From: Cyanophora paradoxa CCMP329
Lineage: Eukaryota > Plantae > Glaucophyta
Reading direction: 5' to 3'
Assembly: GCA_004431415.1 (NCBI GenBank)
Contig: QPMI01000533.1
Span: forward strand, 310,001-374,000
DNA: 64,000 bases
Positions 55,201 to 64,000 of this stretch are shown piece by piece. The stretch's first letter is position 1. Each line of letters opens with the position of its first letter. Below the pieces are notes generated by a model, which ran no database searches, was not told the origin of the DNA, and saw nothing but the letters and a program-made list of their open reading frames with translations. A program made the translations under genes and the position numbers.

Positions 55201-58200
55201 GCCCGCTAGCTATACATTGCGCTTTCGCGACTGAAGCTTGGCATCGAAATCCGATTCTCAATTCGTGATCGCTTATCGCATGGGTGCGGACAGCTGCGCA
55301 TGCAGCCCATGGCCACCATGCGCATCTAACCCAAAATCTTAATCTGGATGACAAACCCAAACATTCAACACTTCTAAATGATTCATTCTGCGATATCGCC
55401 GGGCCACCAGCGCACGACGGGCCCTGGCAGTTTCAGCCCACATCATCTCCCCGCATTGCTCTATCAAGACTCCATCCCTCTAATCGACCAGAACTCTCCC
55501 GGTGTCCTGGCCCGGCCCCTAGGCCTGCCCCACGCACCCGGCGGTCGCCTCGTGCCCATTTTCGGCAGCTACATACAATGCAGTCCTTCCATCCTTGTTC
55601 GGAATGTCGACGCTGGCCCCGAACTCCAGCAGCAGCCTGCGTGAGCACGCGCGCCGTCACTTGGGGCTCTTCACGTCCGATGCGCACTGTCGTTCAGGAT
55701 CCGAGACCGCGGCCCCAGTAGGCACACTCTCGCGGCTCGAGCTCCCACGCTGCCCGCGGCCCCTGCGCACCGGCGATGTCCTTGTACCCTTTATCGACGG
55801 CCCCATGCAGCGCAGTCGCTCCGTGCATGTTCAGAGCGTTGACGTCTGCCCCGCGCTCCAGCAGCAGCCTGCGCACCCGCCGTTACTCGAGCTCGCAGCT
55901 GACACGTGCGCATGCAGTCGCAGCACGCTTGAATGTACTCCACTGGATTTGACTTGCCGTGCCAGCAACCGAAGCTTATTAGCGATAGGCCTATCTTTAC
56001 GCATAATTTTGCGTGCCAAGGCTTATCTGCATGAACTTTCAAATGCGAATTCTAATTTCAAGGCCATGGAATCCTGGCCGCCCGTTCTCAGCTTTGTTTC
56101 TTTGACTCTCGCGATCGATTAGATAGATTTTGTTTAATTTAGTATTTAAATATAGAAGCTTCAGAACGAGTGACCTTGGCCGAGAAGGAACCCGCCCGCC
56201 CGCCCGCCCCCTCCCCTCCCCCTCTTCCTCCCCCCTCCTCCCACCCCCCCCCCCCCCCCCCCCCACCTCCCCCGCCCCCCTCTCCCTTCCCTTCCCTTCC
56301 ACGATGGAACACGGCTGGCGCCTGCTTTCGGCATTTCGCCGGGGCCGCGTTAAGGCTTCCCACTTGCCTCATCGAAACCCATGTAGGCCCAGCCGGAAGC
56401 CCCTGCTCTGTCCCCACGCACCGGACAATCCCTTCGTTTCCCTCGATGGAAGCTTGCAGCAGCGCGGTCCATCCGGAGTCGCTCTGAGCGTTGATGTCGG
56501 CCCCGCGCTCCAGCAGCAGCCTGCACGCGCCCCGGCATCACTTTCGAGCCAACCACGTGCACACATCAAGGCTTGAATGCACTCCCATGTGCTTTACGCT
56601 TGCTTGCGATAGCTCTAGTCCTCGGACGGGAAATGCGGCTAGGGAAAGGGACTGGAGGCTGCAGCTAGGAGGTCGGCCCACGGAATGGACCCAGCCGGCT
56701 GGCCATGGTGGCGCCGAGTTAGAAGGCCGTCGAGCCAGCAGGCACCGGAGCCCTCTGAAAAGGAGGGGGTTCTTCAGCTTAAGACTGACAGCTATAGGTC
56801 TGGTGTGCCCTGCCAGAATTCCCCGTATGCGTAATTGTACTTCCCCTCCTGGTGCCCCGCACGAAAGCCCCCCGCTCGTTTCACCGGCTCAGTGCGAGTT
56901 AGAACCGTCACGGCGTCTTGTGCCCCGCGCACCGCCCCACGCACCTGGCGATCGCCTCATGCCCTCTGAAGGCAACAAAATGCAGCACAGTCCATCCGTC
57001 CTTGCAGCGAGCGTTGACGTCGGCCCCGTGCTCCAGCAGCAGCCTGCGTCCGCCCCTGCGTCACCTCCGAGCCAGCCATGCTTTATGTACTCCCATATAC
57101 TAGGGCCCGGGGGCCCGGCCGCGTTTGGCGCGCCGGGGGTGCAAGGGGGGAATCGGGATCTAATGAAAGAGTAGTATACGTAGTGGCACGAACATGCACG
57201 GGGCAGATGTAGATCGACCCCGGCCCAGCGCGCGCGGCAGGTTGAAGTAGTAAAGATCTAGATAGACACAGATTATATATGATTGAAAAGAATAGAAAAG
57301 GGCTGATAAGCAGAGGCTGCGATCTAACCGAATAAAGAAAAGCCTGAATGAAATTTTAAAGGCCAGATTCAGCGGGTGGCAGGCGGCGCCGGCGGGGGCG
57401 CACGCACGTGCACGCGGCGCAACACAGGGCGCACGCGGGGAGCCGAATGGGCGGACAAGCGCCACGTCGTGCGCAGCACACGAACTATATATAGCTAGTC
57501 TGCTGTCCGGTTGCCGATCGCAACAAGAGCGCCGAGCGCCCGGCCCGGCCGGCGTGCTCGGCCGGCACACGCGGTTCTGCAATATAAGCTCGATATAAGC
57601 TCGATATAAGCGCAGCAAGAGAGTACGGTCTAGATCTGGCCGGCCGGGCGTGCTCGGCTGCGATCAGCTGCAGCGGCGCAGGCAGCAACGCAAGCAGTTT
57701 CTAGGCGGAAATCTAGAGGAGACGTTGACAGGTAGAGAGAAGTGGTTCCATGCAGAACCGCGCAACGAAGAGCAAGGCGTACGCGACGCACTGCGAGGAA
57801 GCCGAAATCTAGAGGAGACAGCTAGGGAGAACTGGTTCCATGCAGAACCGCGCAAGGAATTCGAAGACCGGAGTTAGAGAGAAGTTAGTTTTCCCCTCGA
57901 AAACCACTTTTTCCCCTCGAATTCGACGCTCTAAAGTCGAGAGCTGACCGGTCCACCGAGCCAATCCGAACGCGAATAACCCGTCATTTTTTTCCGGTGT
58001 TGCAAACTGGACCTCGAAAACGGCCTCATAGAAAACTTTTGGCTGAAGCGAGGGAACGGGAAGCAAGGGGGGAAGACCTTCGGTCTTCTTTCCCCCCTTG
58101 CAATATGTATATATGCATGTTGTTTTTTTGCGAATGCTTGCGATCGCGATACCTGTTGCCCTCGGCTGGAAAAAGTAGGGGAGGCCAGGTAAGGGGGCGT

Positions 58201-58373
58201 GAAGGCTGCAGCTAGAAGGTAGGCCCGTGGAAGGGAACCAGCCTTGTGGGGTTCGGGGCTAGTGGCGCCGAGCTAGAAGATCGTTGAGCCACCAGGCGCT
58301 AGAAACCCCTAAAGAGGAAAGGGGCGGGGGGGGGGGGGGGGGGGGGGGAGCAGAGGTGGCAAGGGGAGGGTGT

Positions 58374-58404
<31 letters not shown>

Positions 58405-59535
58405 GGGGGGGCGGGAAGCTCGTGATGCCCTGCACCAGGACAGCCACTCGCTTTGGCGCTCGCCGGCCGGAACCCTCTCGCCGCCCAGGCACCACCCTAC
58501 GCACCTGGCAGCTGCCTCGTGCCCGCTGTTGGCGGCGTAGCGTAGCGCGGCCCTTCCACCCACGTCCCGGGCGTTGAAGTCTGCCCTGCGCTCCAGCAGC
58601 AGCCTGCGTACATGCCATGACGTCACGACCAATACTTGCTGCCCCTCCCCCCCGCGCGATTTCTTCTCCGAGACTCTGTCGCGACCCTGTCCGTCCCTCT
58701 GCCCCTCCCATCGCACCTGGCAACCTCCTCGTGGCCAGCATGGCAGGCGACCATCAGAACAGTGGGCTTCTCCTCGTCCTTGGGGTCCACCGCCTCGACG
58801 GGGACCCCGACGTCCAGCTGCGCCCTGCGCATGCATATGCGGCCGAGCGCGTCAGAGCGAAGGCGAGGGCGCAGTGAGACGGCGGCCGCACCGGACGGCA
58901 GCAGCGTCTCCCGCCTTCACTGCAGCGATAAGCTGCTTGGCCGCCTCGAGCTCCAGCCTCGAGCCAGCTGCCGCAGCCGAGCCTGCAGCAGAGGCGCCCA
59001 CGCCCGACCCTTCTTCCGCTGCCGCGGAAGGGCCGCTGGGCGCCGGGACCGGAGCTCGAGCCGGAGGGGCGGGCGCCGCCGCGGCCGCCGCCGCGGCCGG
59101 CGCCTCGTCGGCGGCGGGGCGGAGCTCGCGGGCCCGACGCGCGGCAGAAGCGGCGCGCGGTCGCCTGCAGCGGCGTCGGTCTCGAGGCCGCCCGCCTCGC
59201 CCCCCGCAACCGCGCCCGCGCCCGCGGCCGCGCCTGCCCGACTGAGTACATGTACACGGGCAACGCCCGCGGCGCGGCGCGCGGCAGTGGGGCTGGGCTG
59301 GCCGACTCACTGTAAGATCCTTCAACGTCAGAGAACGGAACGAAGGTGACAGCGCCCGCGAAAGACCTCCGGCCTGCGCATCGCTGTCATCGCACGTGTG
59401 TTCGCAGACTTCGAAGCGGAGCGGCGGCTGCTCGCCGATCGTACCGCTTTTTTCGACGGTCGCGCGGTCAGAGAACGAGCCGGAGACCGAGCTCGAGCCC
59501 GAGGGCAAGCCAGGCCGCCGCGCCACGCCGCGCAT
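46285..59535 (-). CDS. Ankyrin-repeat TRP-like cation channel with ZZ zinc finger (multi-exon; start uncertain)
   Basis: About 17-18 ankyrin exons, ZZ finger CTTC|EPIVGPRFTCEECEDCNLCAAC..HSWHKF, S1-S6 with DVFNLMDW and LGPML..|MAKDV, pore LYFAVLGE, post-S6 YWLLQ..APFNLL, C-terminal coiled coil. Confidence 0.82.
51543..57047. repeat. Tandem triplication, unit ~1,919 bp, each unit holding 4 ankyrin exons
   Basis: TTCATTCTGCGATATCGCCGGG recurs at ~51543, ~53463 and ~55382; copies are near-identical including introns. Confidence 0.95.
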
Positions 59536-60076
59536 GATTTTGCTGGGCGGCGGTTAGGTCACGAAGCAGGTGAGATCGCCAGTGAAGGTGGCAGACTCTG
59601 AGAGGGGTCGCCGACGACTCGGCGCTGGCGCGCACGTTCGAATTCGAGGGCAGCCGGGGCGGGAAAGCGGCCTTATCCCGGGTCCGAACTTGACTCCGAA
59701 GCCGAGCCCCGTAGTAGAGGCCGTACTAGTACGGTACTACGGTACTCGTACGGGAGTCGTACCCTCAGGGCCTAGGCATCGGCCAGGCTCATCAGCGGCT
59801 GCAGCCTGCAGGCTGCAGGCTGCAGGCAGGCTGCAGAGGCTGCAGGCTGCAGCCTACCGTACGACAGAATGTCACAGACTCTCACTGTGAGTCTCACAGT
59901 GCAGCTGTGCATGTCACAGTGTGTGCGCATGCCATCATGGCATGATGCAGGCTGCGCATACAGCCAGGCTGATGAGCCAGCGCGCGCGCGCGCGGCCCAG
60001 CGCTAGCGGCGGCCAGCGCAGCTGTACATGTGCAGGTGTTCGAATTCGCTGTGTTCGCGATCGCCCGGTTACGTTA

Positions 60077-60327
60077 CTGTAGGCGCAGTTTTTTAGCCGT
60101 GGTAAATAATTGCCGTAAATTGCCGAGAGGCGGAATTAATTCGGCAATTTAGTATGACGGCAATTGCTGAGGGGGTAGGTATTTGCTTCGCCCGTCATAG
60201 AGCAGAAATCTGGATTCGTCGTCGGCAAGTTATTGTCAGTGTAATTTGTCACGGCAATCCCGGTTTTGGATCGACGAATTCGGCAATTTTACCGTAGTAC
60301 TACGCGGCAATTTAAAGACGCATTCAG
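60077..60327. mobile_element. MITE copy 3 (diverged)
   Basis: TA|CTGTAGG...TTTTTTAGCCGT..AATTGCCG..CAG|TA; same internal motifs as copies 1 and 2. Confidence 0.65.
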
Positions 60328-60901
60328 TAACCCCCGCGGCTCCCGGCCCGGGGAGTCCCGGGTCCCGCGCCGACGACTCGGACTCCCGGCAGTACTAGTC
60401 TCCCGCATGCGCAGGCAGCGCAGCAGCTGCATGATGAGCCTGCATCTGCATCTGCGCGCGCCGAGCACCTGCGCTACGAGCAGCTACGAGCACCTCAGGG
60501 CCTGCGCCCGTGCGCCCGCCGCGGCGCCTGGCGCGCGCGGCCGCGGCCGGGCCGCGGGCCCTCGCGAACAGCGCTAGCCGCAGAGCGCCAGCTGCAGCTG
60601 TCGCTCTCAGCTCGGGCTTGGCCGCTGGGCGGCTCGAGCTGTGCACGTCGACGTCGGCGGCTTGAAAGACATGTACAGCTGCATGCGCAGGGGCAAGCCT
60701 CTCCGCTTCGGCGGCTTCGGATACCCCTCCTCCCCACGAACCTCCCGGCGCCCCGGCCCGGCGCCCGGGCAGGCCTGGGTGCCCAGCAGTGCACGTGCAT
60801 GCGCGCATGGAATCCGAAGAGCTTGAATGAAAGACGGGGCGGGCCCCGCAGAGGAGGCCCATGGGCGGCCGCGGGGGCGGGGGCGGGGGCGGGGGCTAAA
60901 G

Positions 60902-63900
60902 CTAGCAGTACTGGACGCGGACGCAGAGGCAGTCCTCGCTCTTGTCCTCCGCGTCGTTCACGAAGACGTGCACCTCCTCCACCCGCGGCACCGACTGCAC
61001 CCGCGTCGGCTTTGGGGGGGGGGGGGGGGGGGGAGAAAGGGGGGTATCGGACCTGCGGGAGGAGGCGCAGGCCGATGTACGCCGCGCCGAACGGCTCCAG
61101 GTCGAGCCTGGCCCCGGCCCCCGCCCGGATCAGAAGGGGGAACGCGGTCCGGGGCGAGGGCGGGGGTACCGGGAGTCCCGGAACTGGACGAGGTGGGGGT
61201 GGCTGGTCCGCAGCACGAAGGCCTTGCGCTCGCCGTAGGGGTTCTTGAACGATATTTTCTGCGCCCGCCGCTCGCCGCCGGGGGGGTACGCGCGGCGGAC
61301 GAGGGGGTGGTGGGGAGGTGCGGACCTTGTTGCAGGCGATGCCGGAGGGTACAGCGACCTCGAAGGTCTTGCCTGCGCCGGCCGCTCGCCCCCGGGGCAC
61401 GGGACAGGGGCCGGGGAGGGGTAAATGGCCGCACCGACGTAGGGGGGGCGAGCGTTGGTCTCGACAAGCCACGCGCCAACGAGCTCCCGCGCCGCGACGT
61501 CTGCGGGGCGGCCCGCTCGGCGGGTCCCGGTACGGGGAGGCGAGGGGGGTACCGACGACGTGGAGGAGGACGTCGGCGGGCCCGACGCGGAGGGGGCGGT
61601 ACGCCATCGAGAGCTCGTTGACGCTGCGGCGAAAGTGGGCGGGGGAGGGGGGTACAAGGGCCGGGGAGCGGCAGACCTGCCGGGGACGAGGGCGAAGGGA
61701 GCGGAGGGCTGGACCTGCACCAGGTCCGGGTTCGAGGAGTGGACCTGCGGGGGTACAGCTGAGCGGCGGGAGGGCAGGGGCGGGCAGGTGGGGGGGGGGG
61801 GTACGGGCCTGGACGGTGCGGGGGGCGGCGGCGGCGGGGATGAAGAGCGAGGCGCGGTGCGTCTGCGGGGCCGATCAGCGTATCCCCCGCCCCGGGGGCG
61901 GGGCACGCGCCTGGCCGACGGGGGAGGAGACGTCCATCGAGTGGAGGGCCGAGACGAAGACCTGCCACACCTGTACCCCCGCCCCGCCCCGTGAGCCGAA
62001 CCGCGCGCGAGCGCGGGGCGGGGAGGGGCGGGGCGGGGCGGGGCGGGGCGGGCCTCGTGGAGGAACGAGTGGGCGGCGTCGTGGTAGACGAGGAGGAAGA
62101 AGCGGCCGACGTGGGGCCAGCTCCCGCACCGGTACTTCACGAACACGTCCTGCCCGCCCCGGCGTCAGGAGGGGGCGGGGCGGGGGGTGCAGGGCGGGGC
62201 GGCCGCTCGCCTGGCGCTTGGCGCCGTTCTCGGTGCGGACGACGACGTTGGCGTGGGAGCAGCGGACGTGCTTGTAGCCGCGGCCCGCCGGGTCGAGCGC
62301 CGCCAGCACCTGCTCCGCCGGCGTCGACGCCGCCGTCACCTCGATCCCCAGCCGCGTCTGTCCGCCGCTCCCGTCAGCGCGCTGGGGTACAATGCACTGG
62401 GATGCAGGGCGGAGGGGGTACCTTGAAGAAGTCGTTCTCGGGGTGGTGGAAGCGGAAGGTGCGGTCGGGGGCGAAGGGCTGCCGGCGCGTCAGGGGAGGG
62501 GGGGGGAAGGGGCGGGGGGTACGGGGCGGGGACCTGGGGGGCTACGTGGACGCGGACGACGTAGACGAGGCGGCCGGCGCGGTTGTAGAAGGAGACGTCC
62601 GTCCGGCGCGGGCGGATCGGCTCGTCGGGGCCCTCCTCCGCGCCCCGCTCCTGCCGCCCACGCGGCGTCGCCTCCTCGCCCCCCGCCCCGCCGTCGCCCA
62701 GCATCGCCGCCCGCAGCGTCCCGCAGCTGAAGCTCTGGAAGACGAACGGCACGTACACCGTCTCCCGCGCGTGCACCAGCAGCTGCGGGGGGTACCCCGT
62801 CAGGTTGGAGGGGTGAAGAAGCGGGGCGGGGGTACCTCGTTGTGCTCGGAGACGAGGTCGTCCTCGAGCGGCGTCGTGAGCCCGCGCACGCGCTTGTGGG
62901 CCCGCCACTCCTTCGTGTCCCGCACGATCCTGTACCCCCCGAGGGGGCCGTCGGCGGCGGCCGGGCGGGAGGATGGGGTACACCGCACTGGAGGTCGGGG
63001 TCGTCGAAGGAGATGATGAAGCAGTCGTCGTGGGGGTACGGGTTCACGAACGCGATCTCGAAGAAGCTGCGCGGAGGGGTACGGCGATCGCTTCGCGGCG
63101 CGGAGGCCACTGCCTCCAGGGGTACGCACCAGGTGCGGCCGAAGGAGGGGTAGATGGTGTGGACGGTGGTGAGGCTCTGCATGAGCATGTCCTGGATCAC
63201 CTGCTTCTTCCGCCTGCGTCCCGCCGCGCAGCGCCGCGCCGCTCAGCCGCGGCGGCTACTCGTTCAAAGCGTCGAGCAGGCGGAGCGCACCGCTCGCGCC
63301 AGTTCTGGATCGCGCGCAGGTTCCGCTCCCGCTGGCGAATTTCCTGCTCCCGCGCCATAGGCCGCCTCTCCACCCCCGACCTGCGCGGAGCCCGTCCTTC
63401 AGACCCCGCCGGCCTGCGCCCCGTACCCCCTTCCGGGATTGGCGTACCCCTCCGAGTCGGCGTAGCGCGACTCCTCCTCGCGGATCGCGTCGGCGAGCTC
63501 CCGGTCGCTCTCCTAAACGACCCGGGTTCGAATCCCGGCGAGGGAGTTCGGAGAAGAGAGCGGGCGAGCGGGCAGACCTTGACGGGCCGCGCGCGGTGCG
63601 TGCGGACGCGCCCTGGCTCCGTGGGGACCTCCGTCCCGAGGCGGGAGACAGGGATGACGGCCAGCGAGGAGCGCACGCGGGGCGCCGCGGGCGCGGGGCG
63701 CCCCTCCCCGTCCTTCGCAGGCCTGGGGCCCTCTGCGCCCCCCGCGGATCAGAGAATGAAGGGCGAAGTAAAGGGAGCCGGCGCCGCGGACGGACCGCTC
63801 ATGTGGCCCTCGTTGGAGATGCGGAGCTGCAGGCGCCCACGGGCCTGCGGGGCGCCGTGCGCCTTGTACACGGGCCCCGGCGTCGCGTTGACGCCCCCGG

Positions 63901-64000
63901 GCCGCAGCGGCGTGCTGCGCGCCGACAGCCCGTCCTCCTCCTCCGGCGGCGGGCCGTACGGCGTGTGCACGATCTCGAACTCTGCCGGCGCGCCGTCAGC
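60902..64000 (-). CDS. NPHP4: Nephrocystin-4, copy 2 (3' part; continues beyond window)
   Basis: Highly similar, colinear copy of 37471-40560 including introns and 3' flank. Confidence 0.88.

Noticed and set aside
55770-55868. One-base-short ankyrin exon in the third tandem unit as evidence of pseudogenisation
   Set aside because: It is a GGG>GG loss, and the copies mostly differ by such homopolymer indels; probably sequencing error.

Overview
Eukaryotic, GC-rich, intron-rich DNA from a flagellated organism (it carries NPHP4; a protist or alga is inferred). Positions ~1.7-28.0 kb are a gene-dense endogenous small DNA virus, nearly intron-free. It encodes an NCLDV-type double-jelly-roll major capsid protein, an A32-like packaging ATPase, VLTF3, a RuvC/A22-like resolvase, two tandem HUH endonucleases, a penton-like protein, a ~1,745-codon fibre gene with phage-tail-fibre repeats, C1q and FN3/fibrinogen proteins, and a degenerate HNH. 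This gene set fits the Mriyaviricetes (Yaravirus-like small relatives of giant viruses) better than Polintons or virophages. No pPolB, integrase or protease is visible. On the left the provirus is interrupted by a gag-encoding retrotransposon that runs off the window. Its right end carries three (TGGGACT)n arrays, two forming an inverted repeat, and a hairpin cluster. Most viral genes share a short WATTT(T)nC motif just upstream of the ATG. Host DNA (28-64 kb) holds TA-flanked MITEs, poorly resolved Cys-rich genes, two copies of the NPHP4 3' part, an arrestin fragment, and a large ankyrin-ZZ-TRP channel gene whose ankyrins are single 99-nt exons recently expanded by a ~1.92-kb triplication. 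All assignments come from reading motifs by eye; no searches were run.
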